Shown here: positions 1-14,043 of the stretch, in pieces
How positions within the stretch are numbered: the stretch's first letter is position 1
How the letters are laid out: each line of letters opens with the position of its first letter
Assembly (NCBI RefSeq): GCF_004010195.1
Contig: NC_057760.1
Location: forward strand, 4,047,507 to 4,111,506
Length of the DNA stretch: 64,000 nt
Source: Chiloscyllium plagiosum
Taxonomy: Eukaryota
Direction: 5' to 3'
Made by a program: the position numbers and the translations under genes
The notes under the pieces: generated by a model
Databases searched by the model: none
What the model was told of the DNA's origin: nothing
What the model saw: only the letters and a program-made list of their open reading frames with translations

Positions 1-921
1 GTCTTGCACCCTAAAGCTACAGTCTGGGTTCCCATGCCCCTGCAGAGTTAGTTTAAATCCCCCTCCCCAAGAGCACTAGCAAACCTCCCCCCAAGGATAC
101 TGGCGCCCCTCAGGTTCGGGTATAGGCCATCCTGTTTATAGAGGTCCCACCTTCCCCAGAAAGAATCCCAGTTATCCAGATACCGGAATCCCTCCCTCCT
201 GCACCATCCCTGTAGCCACGCATTTAACTGTTCTCTCTCCCTATTCCTCGACTCTCTATCACGTGGCACCGGTAACAAACCAGAGACAACAACTCTTTGT
301 TCTAACTCTGAGCTTCCAACCTAGCTCCCTAACATCCTCAGCCCTCCTCCTACCTATGTCGTTGGTGCCAATGTGGACCACGACTTCGGGCTGCTCCCCC
401 TCCCCCTTAAGGACTCGGAAAACACGATCAGCGACGTCACGCATCCTTGCACCTGGGAGGCAACATGCCAAACGTGAGTCTCTCTCGCCCCCATAGAACC
501 GCCTATCTGTGCCCCGAACTATCGAGTCCCCAATAACTATTGCTCTGCTCTTCTCCACCCTTCCCTTCTGAGCAACGGGGACAGTCTCCGTGCCAGAGGC
601 CTGAACCCCATTGCTTACCCCTGGTAAGTCCCGTCCCCCCCTACAAGTATCCAAAACGGTATACTTGTTCTTGAGGGGAAGGGCTGCAGGGGGTCCCTGC
701 ACTGGCTGCTTCCTCCCAGTCCGCCTCACTGTCACCCATCTGTCTGCAATCTTTGGAGTTACTACTTCCCTAAAACTCCGATCTATGACCCCCTCTGCCT
801 CCCAAATGATCCTAAGTTCATCCAACGCCAGCTCCAGTTCCCTAACACGATCTTGGAGGAGCTGGAGATGGGTGCACTTCCTGCAAGTGTAATCAGCAGG
901 GATGACCATGGCATCCCTCAT
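1..921 (-). mobile_element. CR1 LINE ORF1 remnant (CxxC/leucine zipper plus SGNH esterase), frameshifted
   Basis: ORFs 259-921 and 48-278 show YTCRKC, LELALDEL, IGDSIVRG, VVVHIGTND and WGRWDLYKQDGL, typical of CR1 ORF1 esterase. Confidence 0.88.
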
Positions 922-924
922 GTC

Positions 925-2320
925 TTCTACCTTTGAGTCAGTTCTGTATCCAAATGGCTAGTTCTCCCTGTATTCCATGAGATCTAACCTTGCTAAGCAG
1001 TCTTCCATGGTGAACCTTGTCGAAGGCCTTCCATCTAGATCACATCTACTGCTCTGCCCTCATCAATCTTCTTTATTACTTCTTCAAAAAACTCAATCAA
1101 GTCTGTGAGACATGATTTCCCATGCACAAAGCCATGTTGACTATCCCGAATCAGTCCTTGCCTTTCCAAATACATCTACATCCTGTCCCTCAGGATTTCC
1201 TCCGACAACCTGCCCACCACCGAGGTCAGGCTCACTGGTCTATAGTTCCCAGGTTTGTCCTTACCGCCCTTCTTAAACAGTGGCACCACGTTTGCCAACC
1301 TTCAGTCTTCTGGCACCTCATCTGTGATTATCGACGATACAAATATCTCAGCAAGAGGCCCAGCAATCACTTCTCTAGCTCCCCACAGAGTTGTCGGGTA
1401 CACCTGGTCAGGTCCTGGGGATTTATCCACTTTTAACTGTTTTGAGACATCCAGCACTCCCTCCTCTGTAACCTGGACATTTTGCAAGATGTCACCATCT
1501 ATTTCCCCACAGTTTGCATCTTCCATATACTTTTTCACAGTAGAAACTGATGCAAAATATTCATTTAGTATTCCCCCCATTTTCTGTGGCTCCACACAAA
1601 GTCCGCCTTGCTAATCTTTGAGGTGCCCTATTGTCTCCCTAGTTACCCTTTTGTCCTTAATATATTTGTAAAAACCCTTTGGATTCTCCTTAATTCTATT
1701 TGCCAAAGCTCTCTCATGTCCCCATTTTGCCCTCCCGATTTCCCTCTTAAGTATACTCCTACTTTCTTTATACTCTAAGGATTCACTCAATCTATCCTGT
1801 CTATACCTGATATATGCTTCCTTCTTTTTCTTAACCAAACCCTCAATTGCCATTTCTTTGCCCATCTCTCCAATCTATCAATATTCTGCTGTATTCTGAC
1901 AGTCCTCTTCACTATCTGCTACTCCACCAATCTTAGTGTCATCCACAAACTTGCTAATAAGGCAACCTACACCTTCCTCCAAATCATTTATGTATATCAC
2001 AAACAACAGTGGTCCTAGCACGGATCCCTGTGGACCACCACTGGTCACAGGTCTCCATTTTGAGAAGCTCCCTTTCACTATTACCCTCTGTCTCCTGTTT
2101 CCCAACCACTTTTCTATCTATCTAGCTGGAACACCCTGGCCCCCATGCTATTTCACCTTTTTCATCAACTCACCGCGGGGAACCTTATCAAACGCCTTAC
2201 TAAAGTCCACGTGTGTGACATGTACACCCCTTCCCTCGTCAATCAACTTTGTCACCTCTTCAAAGAATTCTATTAGGTTTGTAAGTCATGACCTTCCCTG
2301 CACAAAACCATACTGCCTAG
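925..2320 (-). mobile_element. CR1 LINE ORF2 (RT) fragments, rearranged and decayed
   Basis: Translations KSPGPDQVYP, IKENPKGFYKYIK and PQGSVLGPLLFVIYINDL...KFVDDTKIGG, with stops and frameshifts. Confidence 0.88.
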
Positions 2321-2344
2321 CTGGGACTTTTTTCACTGCAGCAT

Positions 2345-3300
2345 AGGAGATTGAGGAGTGACTTTATACAGGTTTATAAAATCATGACGGGTATTTATAA
2401 AAGCAGAGATGTACTACTAAGACTTTATAAAGCTCTGGTTAGGCCCCATTTGGAGTACTGTGTCCAGTTTTGGTCCCCACACCTCAGGAAGGACATACTG
2501 GCACTGGAACGTGTCCAGCGGAGATTCACACGGATGATCCCTGGAATGACAGGTCTAACATATGAGGAACGGCTGAGGATACTGGGATTGTATTCGTTGG
2601 AGTTTAGAAGATTAAGGGGAGACTTAATAGAGACGTACAAAATAATACATGGCTTGGAAAAGGTGGATGCTAGGAAATTGTTTCTGTTAGACGAGGAGAC
2701 TAGGACCCGTGGACACAGCCTTAGAATTAGAGGGGGTCATTTCAGAACAGAAATGCGGAGACATTTCTTCAGCCAGAGAGTGGTGGGCCTGTGGAATTCA
2801 TTGCCACGGAGTGCAGTGGAAGCCGGGACGCTAAATGTCTTCAAGGCCGAGATTGATAATTCCTCTAGACATAAAGAATCTAAGGGCTACGGGGAGAACG
2901 CTGGTAAGTGGAGCTGAAATGCGCATCAGCCATGATTGAATGGCAGAGTGGACTCGATGGGCCGAATGGCCTTACTTCCACTCCTATGTCTTATGGTCTA
3001 ATAAGGTGAATAGCAACAGCGTTTTCTCTAGGATAGAGGAGTTCAAAATTAGAGGGCTTTTTTTTTTTAAGGCAAGAGGAGCAAGATTTAAAAAAAGACT
3101 TTGCACAAAGGTGATTCAAACGGGCAATGAACTGCCAAGGAAGTGGCAGCTTCAGATACAGTTATAACATTTAAAAGTCATCTGGATAGGAAAGGTTTAG
3201 AGGGAACTCGGCCAAATGCAGGAAGATGGGACCAGTTTACTTTGGCAAACTTGGTTGCCATGAAAGAGTTGGACCAAAGGGCCCATTTCCATGCTGAGAC
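2345..3300 (+). mobile_element. CR1 LINE 3' ends (younger copy ~2392-3000 nested in an older one)
   Basis: ORF 2351-2917 RPHLEYCVQFWSP...RRLRGDLIETYK...FFSQRVV, followed by a CR1 3' UTR. Confidence 0.88.
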
Positions 3301-3485
3301 TTTATTAGTGTGCTGAATTGAACGTTTTGAGATTTTCCTCCAATTCTCAAGCCAGTACTTATCCATGATTACCCACTATTTTATAACTGTCCCTGATGAG
3401 TTGTGTTCAGTCATTATTGAAATCAAAGGCAAACATTTAATAAGGTTGACAGTGACATATCCATTTCATCAGGACTCGCACTAAC

Positions 3486-3608
3486 CTCTGCCACTGATAC
3501 CTCCTCGTCCAGGTGGACCTCCTCGGCCCAGGCCTCCTCGACCTCTCATTCCACCACGTTTTAATCCTAATCGTGGAACTCCACCACGTCCTCGGTTTGG
3601 ACCCTGAC
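3486..3608 (-). CDS. CHTOP: CHTOP coding exon 5 (RG/RGG-rich GAR region)
   Basis: ttag|GTCAG acceptor, AG|gttagt donor, 123 nt, phase 1-1; encodes GQGPNRGRGGVPRLGLKRGGMRGRGGLGRGGPPGRGGISGR. Confidence 0.93.
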
Positions 3609-3999
3609 CTAAGGCCATAACAAAATACAGAAAGAATAAGGCAATTATAATTATGAAGCCGCTAACTTCTTGGTAAAGACAGATGTAAAACATTAATTTA
3701 ATATTGCAGCCATGCCCCCATCTCCATATGCAAATCCCCTTAAATTTAAAACTGGCCCTCTCCTCTTTACCTCTCTGTTTCTATGTCTACATAGATACTT
3801 TGGGACCCCAGGCTATGTTGGTCGACAGTCTTGTCTCACAATTCCTCTTTGGATCTATATGATGTTTTATCACCTCCTGATTCTTGTGTATTCCTCTTGG
3901 TTTTCAATTATATTTTCTGCCTGACACCTGTCATAATCATACTTTTTCTTCTTCATTTCAACTTCTGTCATTCCAGGAGATCTAGATTTGTTCGTTCAA

Positions 4000-4850
4000 C
4001 CTTTCCCTTTTGTGCACTAAAACTATCCTAGCTGATACTGTAGTAGTTGAAATCCCTTATTTTATGCCTCTCTGTAATTTACAAATCTAATCCTTCATCT
4101 CTCCATAATAGTTTGGCAGCCTAAAGTAGACATTTGACGGTCTGCTTGCCTATGAGATCAACATGACCTCATTTGATGATCCTTCCAAGATATCAACCAC
4201 CTTCACTGATTCGGAGCAATATTGAGACTCTTTGCCAAACCCCAACCCTTGCAAAATCTACCCTGTCTGCATGCTGTAACCAGCAATATTCAGTTGTCAA
4301 ACCGGTCACCTGCAAGTTGCAGTCATACTCCAACATAGCTGTATTATACTCCTGCATACTTCTTGAAACACAATATGCTTGAACCTTCAGCCCATCTTGC
4401 TTATTTCTGACTCTTTAAATTAATATATTTCACTTGGCCTCATTAAACTTCTTTTTTCCTTATCAAGTGTATGTTTTCTCAGCCTTCTAGACTCGCTCAG
4501 TTGTAGTTTAACTTCTAATTCTACATCAGCTTCTCTTTCCTCTGAATTAATTGACAGGATTCCATTTCCCTCCCAATCTAGTTTAAATCCACCTCAATAA
4601 TATCAGCAAACCATCCTGCAAAGATACTAATCCCACTCCAGTGCAGATATAACCTGTCCAACTTTCACAGTTCCCAACATGCTCAGAAACAGAGCTAATG
4701 CCTAAAGAATCTAAAGCCCTCCCTCTTGCTTCATCGCTCAATCCTTCTAGTCTTGTAGTCACTACTGTGTGGAAACAAGGAGATCATAACCTTTGAAGTC
4801 TTGTTTTGCAATTTCCTACCTTAGTCCCTGAAGTCTGCTTGCAGAAAGGT
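4000..4850 (-). mobile_element. Old, highly decayed CR1 ORF1/endonuclease remnant
   Basis: Patches resemble the CR1 ORF1 end (tagtttaaatcc...cagcaaac, as at 48-85) and endonuclease region; no long ORF. Confidence 0.45.
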
Positions 4851-5095
4851 AGACCAGTACTATAAGTTACCTCGCATGTTCTCAACATGTCCCAAACATT
4901 TCAGTTCATCAGGTAGTTTTCAATGCAGTAAAATCAGGGCAACAGTCTACCTTGACCCTAATTAACTTGGGTTCAGTCGCACCAACTGATTTCAGAGGCA
5001 ATGGGTCCGCAACTCCATCATGGATTACATCAGCAACCACTTATATCCAACTCAATGTACTGCAGTGACCTCTTGACGACCAGAATATTACCTAC

Positions 5096-5261
5096 CTCGA
5101 AGAGGAAGCCCTCCTCTCGCACCTCCGCGTCCACCACGGCCAAGACGCACGCCTCCTCTTGGTGATCCCCGGCCAATAATTGGTCCTCGGGCCAAAGTTC
5201 CCACTGGTCGCCCCAATCGTGCTTGGATGTTGCTCTTACCTAGACGCTGTTTCAGACTCTT
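5096..5261 (-). CDS. CHTOP: CHTOP coding exon 4 (tandem CAG/AAG acceptor; start 5261 or 5258)
   Basis: (K)[25 protein letters not shown]...LPLR matches vertebrate CHTOP; G|gtaggt donor; 166 nt, phase 0-1. Confidence 0.95.
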
Positions 5262-5842
5262 CTGGGCCATAAAGTCACAAAATTAACTTTTCAAATACAG
5301 ATATAATTCAAGATCGACACAATTGTGTTCTGTACTTTGTAGAGTATGCTGATAAACGCAGTTTCACATTCATAAGCAACATGAACACAGAAGCAGGAGT
5401 AAGCCATTCAGCCCTTCTGAGTATATGCCACCATTCAATAAGATCAGGGCTTAATGGCTCTGGTCTCAAATCCACCTAACAGCCTACAGTCCATTAGCCT
5501 TAACTTCATCTATCAAAGACTAAATGTATTCAAGACTGCATTAGATAAAGACCCAGCCTCCACCACTTTCAGGGGAAGGCAATTCCACACAAATGACCAT
5601 GAAAAAAAAAATTGCTCTCACCTCAAAGTTAAAGGTAAACTTATGCTTAAACAGCATCTCCAATTTCTTGTTTTTCTATAAAGAGAACTTCCTCTCAGAC
5701 ACAGTGCTGCCAACTTCCCTCGGCATATTGTTTCAAGAACATCTCTCGTTTTTGTGCATTTCAATAGAAATAGACCCACCCTGTTGAAACTTTTGTCCTT
5801 AGAAGCCCTTCATCACATGATAAAATAAAGCCTTTTCTTTAT

Positions 5843-6950
5843 AAAGGGAATACAGGGAGAACTAGACATTTGGATACAGAACTGGCTCAAAGGTAGAAGA
5901 CAGAGGGTGGTGGTGGAGGGTTGCTTTTCAAACTGGAGGCCTGTGACCAGTGGAGTGCCACAAGGATCAGTGCGGGATCCTCTACTTTTTTTTCATTTAC
6001 ATAAATGATTTGGATGCGAGCATAAGAGATACAGTAAGTTTGCAGATGACACCAAATTGGAGGTGGACAGCGAAGAAGGTTACCTCAGATTACAACAGGA
6101 TCTGGACCAGATGGGCCAATGGGCTGAGAAGTAGCAGATGGAGTTTAATTCAGATAAATGCGAGGTGCTGCATTTTGAGAAAGCAAATCTTAGCAAGACT
6201 TATACACTTAATGGTAAGGTCCTAGGGAGTGTTGCTGAACAAAGAAACCTTGGAGTGCAGGTTCATAGCTCCTTGAAAGTGGAGTTGAAGGTAGATAGGA
6301 TAGTGAAGGTGGTGTTTGGTATGCTTTCCTTTATTGGTCAGAGTATTGAGTACATGAGTGGGGAGGTCATGTTGCGGTTGTACAGGACTTTGGTTAGGTC
6401 ATTGTTGGAATATTGCATGCAATTCTGGTCTCCTTCCTATTGGAAAGATGTTGTGCAACTTGAAAGGGCTCAGAAAAGATTTACAAGGATCTTGCCAGGG
6501 TTGGAGGATTTGAGCTATAGGGAGAGGCTGAACAGGATGGGGCTGTTTTCCCTGGAGCGTCGGCAGCTGAGGGGTGACCTTATAGAGGTATACAAAATTA
6601 TGAGGGGCATAGGTAGGATAAATAGACAAAGTCTTTTCCCCGGGATCGGGGAGTCCAGAACAAGAGGGCATAGGTTTAGGGTGAGAGGGGAAAGATATAA
6701 AAGAGACCTAAGGGGCAACTTTTTCACGCAGAGGGTGGTACGTGTATGGAATGAGCTGCCAGAGGATGTGGTGGAGGCTGGTACAATTGCAACATTTAAG
6801 AGGTATTTGGATGGGTATATGAATAGGAATGGTTGGGAGGGATATGGGCCGGGTGCTGGCAGGTGGGACTAGATTGGGTTGGGATATCTGGTCGGCGTGG
6901 ACATGTTGTACCGAAGGGTCTGTTTCCATGCTGTACATCTCTATGACTCT
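5843..6950 (+). mobile_element. 5'-truncated CR1/HER1 LINE (RT C-terminus and 3' UTR)
   Basis: ORF 6138-6872 MEFNSDKCEVLHF...RGDLIEVYKIMRG; tail ccgaagggtctgtttccatgctgtacatctctatgactct. Confidence 0.92.
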
Positions 6951-7077
6951 ACCTAATCTATGAAGACCCACACGATTTTGAATACTTTTATCAGATTTCC
7001 TGAGCTTTTTTTCTACATGGAAAAACAGTGTTCCTCCTCTCAACTGTCTTCATAATTGAAACTCCTCATCTCTGGAA

Positions 7078-8530
7078 CCAAAGAACAAAGAATTGTACAG
7101 CACAGGAAAAGGCCCTTTGGCCCACCTCGCCTGCATTGACATGATGCCTTTCTAAACAAAAAGCCTGTCTCTATGTGGTCCATATCCCTCTAACCCCTGC
7201 CTGTTCATGTATCTGTAGAGATCCCTCTCAAAACTCCGCTAACGTATCGACTTCTATTACCTCCAAATGCAGCACATTTGAGGCACTTACTCACTTGTAG
7301 AAAGAATTTACTTTTCACCTCTCCTTTAAAACCACCCCCCAACCCTTTTTCAACCCTGGGAAAAAAACTGACTAACCATGCCTCTCAATTTTGTAAACTT
7401 CTAACAAGTCGTTTTTCAGCCTCCAACATTTAAGTCAAAACTAGCCAAGTTTGTCCAATCTTTCTTCATAGCTAATACACTCCAAACCTTGTCTGTACTT
7501 TCGCCAAAGCCTCCACATTGTTCTGGTAGTGTGGCGACCAGAACTGCATGCAGTATTCCAAACATCGTCTAAGATCTTTATAGGTGCAATGTGACTTGCT
7601 AATTTTTATACTCTCATGCCCAAACCAATGAAAGCAAGGATGCCATACACTTACTTGACAATGTTATGCACTTCCATTTTTGCTTCCAGGCAACTGTGGA
7701 CCTGTATGCCCAGATCCCTCTATGATAATGGTTCTAACGGTTCTGCCATTTCTTCTATACTTCCCTCCTGCATTAGAACTTCCAAAATGCATTGCCTTGC
7801 ATTTGCCCAGATTAAATTTCACTTGACATTTTTCTACCCACGTCTCCAACCTATCTATATCTGCTGTATCCTCTGGCAATCCTCTATCTGCAACTCACCC
7901 AAATCTTTGTTCATCACAAACTTACCAATCATAACACATACATTCTTCTCAGAATCATTGATATATATTACAAACAGCAGGGGTCCCAGCACTGGTCACA
8001 GATCTCCAGTCAGAAAAGCATCTTTCCACCATTACTCTGTCTTCTATGACCAAGCCGGTTCAGTAGCCATCTTAAAGCTCACTGGATGTCATGTTAATTC
8101 ACCTTCTATATCAGCATGCTATGAAAAGACTTTGTCAAAAGGTCTTGCTAAAGTCCACATAGGCAACCCGATCCAGCTGCTTGTCTTCAATCATTTTTGT
8201 CACTTCCTCCAAAAACTAAATGAAGTTTGTGAGACAGGATGTTCCCAATATAAAGCTATGCTGCCCACCTCGAAGTACATACTTTCCCAATGCAAGTAAA
8301 TCCTGTCCTCAAGAATTTTCTCTAATAATTTCCTTACCCACTGACCCAGCTCAATGACTTGTAATTTCCTGGATTATCCTTGTTACCTTTCTTCAACAAA
8401 GGAACAATATTGCCCATTCTCTGTCCTCTGTGGTTAAACACGTTACGAAGATTACAATTCCTCCCTCAGTATTCAGAGATAGATCCCATCATGTCCTAGG
8501 GACTTGTCTGCCTTAATGCTTTTCAGAATA
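7078..8530 (-). mobile_element. Decayed CR1 LINE
   Basis: Minus-strand DIDRLETWVEKCQVKFNLGKCKAMHFG; CR1 tail (aagaacaaagaa...cacaggaaaaggccc) at 7080. Confidence 0.82.
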
Positions 8531-8964
8531 ACCAACCACTTTTTTTTTTAAAAAAACATCAACATAGCCTCAACTCACCATCCATCAAATTCTCCTCCTT
8601 AAATTATATCGTGCTCTATATTGTGCTGCATCCTTGGATAATTTTCCTCACTTTTCATCATTTGACTAATTTTCATGTCACCTGCAAACTTCCAAACCAG
8701 ACCATCTACATTTTCACCCAAATCACTTACAAATATTACAAACAGATTTGATTCTTGGAGAACAAGACTGGTTTGAAACTCATGACTGCAACGACAAGGT
8801 CAGCAGATATAAGGGAGCACCACCACCTGCAAGTTCAACCACCATCCCGACATGAAAATATAGTGCCATTCCTTCAGTGATACTGGGTCAAAATCTCATA
8901 ACACAAAGCCTACTTACAGCAATTCAAGAAATCTTTTCGCCATTAATTTATAAAAGATGATGTA

Positions 8965-11640
8965 GGAATAAAGGAGGTAGAATAAAGGAGAACCCTAAAA
9001 CTTTCTATAGATATGTGAGGAATAAAAGGATGACTAGGGTAGGGAATATGGCCTCTCAAAGACAGAAGTGGGAAGTTATGTGTGGACCCTGTGGAGATCA
9101 GAAAGATGCTAAACAAAGATTTCTCATCTGTTTTTACTGAAGGAAAGGAGAATATTGTAGAAGAGAAGACTGAGATAAAGTCTATTAAAGGGCTGGAGGT
9201 TAGTAAGGAGGTGTTATCAATTCTAGAAGATGTGCAAGTAGATAAGTCCCTTGGGCCAGATGGGATTTTTCCGAGAATTCTCTGGGAAGCTAGGAAGGAG
9301 ATGGCCGAGCCTTAGGCTTTGATCTTGGAGTCATCATTGATCAAAGATGGCTTTGATCAATCTTTGGTTGATTGATCAGGTTTAGTACCAGAAAATTGAA
9401 AATGTTGTGCCCTTGTTCAAGGGCAGTAGAGATAACCCAAGTAATTATAGACTAGTGAGCCTTATGTCTGTTGTAGAAAAAGTTTCGGAAAGGATTAGAA
9501 GAGATAGGATTTATCATCTAGCAAGCAACAATTTGATTGGAAATAGTCAACATGGATTTGTCAAGTGTCTCACAAACATGGATAAAAGCAAATTATTGCA
9601 GCTGCTGGAATCTGAAACCAAAAAAAAAGAGAAAACGTTGGAAAATTTCAGCAAGTCTAGCAGCATCTGTAAGGAGAGAAAAGAGCTGACGTTTCAAGTC
9701 TAACTGACCCTTTGTCAAAGCTTAAGGAGAAATAGGGAGGTAAGTATACTAGACTGAGAGAAGGTGAGTCATGGCTCCAGAAGCAAAGGTAGCAATAAAG
9801 AGGTGACAATGAGTGCATAGAGGGATTATAGGGAGATTAGGAGCTGCAATGTTTCAGTGAAGCTCAACGCAAACTGGAGGAACAGCATCTCATCTTCCGA
9901 CTAGGCACGTTACAGTTTGCCAGTCTCAACATTGAATTCAACAACTTCAGATGATTATCCCATCTCGACCCCTCTGTTTTCATTCTGCTCCGTAATTTTA
10001 TTTAATTTTTTTTAACATATATTTCTTTCACTGTTCTGTACCTCTTATTTCTTGATGGTCTCTTTCTCTCGCTCCCCACTCTCTCATCACCTTTTTCCTC
10101 TCTTCCCCCTTTGCTACCCTTCTCCCGTTTTCCATTTTGTCTCTGCTTCACCCATCACCCCCATCCCCCACATATTTTGTCACATAGCACTGGCTTCAGC
10201 CTTGGTCATTCACAGCCCCTAATCTCCCTATAATCTCTCTATGCACTATCATTGTCACCTCTTTATTGCTACCTTTGCTTCTGGAGCCATGACTCACCTT
10301 CTCTCAGCCTCGTATAAATACCTCCCTATTTCTCCTTTTTTTAAGCTTTGACAAAGGGTCAAAGTTTAGACTCTAAACTTCAGCTCTTTTCTCTCCTTAC
10401 AGATGCTACAAGACTTGCTGAGAATTTCCAACATTTTCGCTTTTTTGGTCTCACAAACATGAGTTTTTTGAGAAGGTGACCAAGCATGTGGATAAGGGTA
10501 GGGCAGTTGACGTGGTGTACATGGACTTCAGCAAAACCTTTGATAAGGTTCCGCATGATAGGCTATTGGAGAAAATGCAGAAGCTTGGGATTGAAGGTGA
10601 TTTAGCAGTTTGGATTAGAAACTGGCTTTCTGTAAGGAGGCAATGAGCTGAGGTTGATGGAAAATATTCAGCCTGGAGTCCAGTTACTAGTGGTGTGCCA
10701 CAAGGATCTGTTTTGGGATCATTGCTATTTGTCATTTTTATAAACGACTTGAACACAGGCATATGTGGATGGGTTAGTAAGTTTGCAGATGGAACCACAG
10801 TCGGTGGAGTGGTTGACAGTGTGGAAGAATGTTGCAGGGGGACTTGGATAAACTGCAGAACTGGGCTGAAAGGTGGCAAATGGATTTAATGCAGATAAAT
10901 GTGAGGTGATTCATTTGGGAAGAATAACAGGAAGCAGAATACTGGGTCAATGGAAAGATTCTTGGTTGTGTGGATGTGCAGAGGGATCTTGGTGTCAATG
11001 TACATAGATCCCTGAAAGTTGCCACTCAGGTTGATAGTGCTGTTAAGGCAGCATACAGTGTATTACGTTTTATTGGTAGAGGGATTGAGTTCCGGAGCCA
11101 TGATGTCATGCTGCAACTGTACAAAATGCTAATGCGGCCACACTTGGAATATTATGCGTAGTTCTGTTCGCCCCATTACAGGAAGGATGCGGGAGCATTG
11201 GAAAAAGGTGCAGAGGAGATTTACCAGGATGTTGCCTGGTCTGAAGCAAAGGTCCGATGAGGAAAGGCTGAGGGACTTGGGTGTGTTCTCACTGGAGAGA
11301 AGGCGGCTAAGACGCAACTTAATAGACATGCAAGATGATCAGAGGATTAGATAGGGAAGACAGTAAAAGTCTTATTCCTAGGATGATGACGTCAGCTTGT
11401 ACAAGGGGGCACAGCTGCAAATTGAGGGGTGATAGATTTAAGACAGATGTTAGAAGCAGGTTCTTCACTCAGAGGTAAGGGTGTAGGATAGCCTGCCTGC
11501 CAATGTAGTTAACTCAGCCACATTAGGGACAATTAAACAGTCCTTGGATAAGCATATGGATGATGGGATAGTCTAGGGTGATGGGCTTAGATTAGTTGAG
11601 GGCTGGACAGCCTGTTCTGCACTGTATCGTTCGATGTCCT
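8965..11640 (+). mobile_element. CR1 LINE ORF2 remnant interrupted by a Penelope-like insertion (9581-10447)
   Basis: KSLGPDGIFPRIL, NYRLVSL, QHGFVK before the insertion; DFSKTFDKVPH, PQGSVLG and KFADGT after it. Confidence 0.9.
9581..10447. mobile_element. Penelope-like (Neptune-type) 3' fragment with ~230-bp inverted arms
   Basis: 9847-9954 encodes QCFSEAQRKLEEQHLIFRLGTLQFASLNIEFNNFR* (GIY-YIG C-terminus); arms ~9615-9846 and ~10213-10447 are reverse complements; flanking direct repeat gtctcacaaacatg at 9567-9580 and 10448-10461. Confidence 0.85.
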
Positions 11641-13184
11641 AAGACTTGTATAACACTAGAAGGTGAAATAGGTCATTCAGCCCTTTAAGTCTGCTCCACC
11701 ATTCCATGAAATCATGGCTGATCTGATGATCCTCAACTCTATTTTTCTGCTTTTTCCCCATAAACCCTCTATTTCCTTACTGATTAAAAGTCAGTCTATC
11801 TTAATGTGAATATCCTGAATGGTCCAGCCTCAACATCTCTCTGGCGATGTTAACATTCACAACACAAGAAATTCCCCCTCATTTGTCTCTTAAATGTGAG
11901 ACCCCTTATTGTGAAATCATGCCATGCAGTCTTAGACTCTCCCACACAGGAAACAAATTTTCCACAATTACCGTCAATAAATTCACTCATTCTTCTAAAC
12001 TCCAATAAGAATAGGGCCTCTCTACTCAACCTCTTCGTATAACATTCCCTCCAGACCTCATATCAGCCTTGTGAACCTTCTCTGAATGACTCAATTGCTT
12101 AGATAAGGAATTATGAACAAGTTCTGAAGGATCACTGGACCCAAAACGCTATCTGATTTCTCTCCAGATGTCACCAGATCTGCTGAGATGTTCCACCAAT
12201 TTGAATTACAGCATCCTCAGTCCTTTCGGGTTTTTGTTGAGTCGTTTTACCAATGCCCTGTATATTTTAGCAAAGCCTCCTTATTTTTAATATGCTTTGA
12301 AGAAGGTTCACAGGACTGAAACATTAACTGATGTCTCTCCACAGATGCTGCCAGACCTGTTGATTTTTCCAGCAAACTGATTTCCAGCGTCTGCAAGTTT
12401 GTTTTTATTTTCTCCCCCATTTTCATATTGCATTCCCATTGAAGTAAAGGCCAACATTGTATTGCCTTCCCCATTACTTGCTGAATTGAGCTACGTAACA
12501 TGCTAAAGGGGATTGACAAAATAGACTTAGAGATAATGTTTCTCTTTGTGGTGAATTCTAGAATCAGGTCATAGTTTTAGGATAAAGGATGGCAAATTGA
12601 AAACAAAGATGAGGAGAATACAGTGGATGCCAGGACACTGAGTACATGTAAAGAGAGGATGGATTTTTCAATTAGTATAGGGCTGAAGTGTTATGAAGAA
12701 AGTAGAGTTGAGGCAGAGAGGAAAGTAACCATGGTAGTCACAGAGTCATAGATATATACAGCATGGAAACAGATCCTTCGGTCCAATATTAAATTGCAGA
12801 GGGGATTTGATGGGCTGAATGGCTTCCTCCTATGTTCTAACTAAGATGCTTTTTATTTGTGATTCACTCACAAGGACCTTCCCCCATCACCGTGTTTTAT
12901 CTTCCCATAGCCTGTCTTCATTTAAATATTCAGTTCAATACTTTCTGTCCAAGTGTATAACCTCACATTTACTCTCAATATTCTAACCAAACAGAACTGG
13001 ACTAATCAATATTACGGATATAAGGGCAAAGCAAAATTTGAGAATTCTTATCATATCAAATTACAATGTACAAGTTTGTCAGAAAGAGTGGGATTGTCTG
13101 GATAAAGTGATAGGATGTGTTGAGAAAACAGTAGTTCTCCAAATGGTAGTCAAAATATAAGTCAGATTCGTACAATGTATAAAC

Positions 13185-13925
13185 ACAGCCTTCGATCCAA
13201 CTAGTCCACATCAACTATGCTCCCAAATTAGTCCCATTTTACTGCGTATACAAGTCTTGCCCTTGTTTTACCAAAATGCAGTACCTCGACTTTTTCCAAA
13301 TTAACTTCACCTGCCACTCCTCAGCCCATTGACCCAATTGATCAAGATCTCTTTGTCATCTTGGATAGCCCTCTTCACTGTCCACTACCACCAATTTTGG
13401 TGCCATCCACAAACTTACTAGCCAGGCTTCCTATATTCTAATCCAAAATCATTTATATAAACAAAAGTGGACCCAGCACAGATCCCTGTGGATCACTGCT
13501 GGTCACAGGCCTCCAGTCCGAAAAACAACTCTCCACTACCAACATATGTCTCCTACTGCAAATCCACTTGGCAAGCTCACCCTGAATCGCATGTGATTTG
13601 ACTTTGATAAAGTTTGATAAACTAATTAAAGGCTTTACTGAAAGGCCAAGTAAACAATGTCTACCGCTCTGCCCTCAATCCTTTTGGTTCCTTCCTCAAA
13701 AAAACTCAAGTTTGACAGATACGATTTCCTTTGCACAAGACCATGCTGACTATCCCTAATCATTTCTTGCCTCATCAAATACATGTAAATTCTATCTTTC
13801 AGATTCACCTTCAACAATTTACCCACCACTGACGGTAGACTCTCAGGTCTACATTCCCAGGCTTCTCCTGACAGCCTTTCTTAAATAAAGGCACATTAGC
13901 CACTCTCCAGTCTGCTGGCATATTA
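13185..13925 (-). mobile_element. Decayed CR1 LINE RT fragment
   Basis: Minus ORF 13635-13829 DSQHGLVQRKS...GRAVDIVYL. Confidence 0.8.
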
Positions 13926-14043
13926 ATCTTAGTAATAATCAAATTTTCAGGATTTTAGCAACTGAACAGGTGTTGAGACAGCTTGTTTTGAGGAGATTAA
14001 GGGAACTAGTCTGTACTGTTCAGAGTTTTGAAATCAGAATTGA

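Noticed and set aside
1122..2346. Plus-strand ORFs of 100-140 aa (and similar ones at 7616-8299 and elsewhere)
   Set aside because: Antisense shadows of CR1 ORF2, not host genes.
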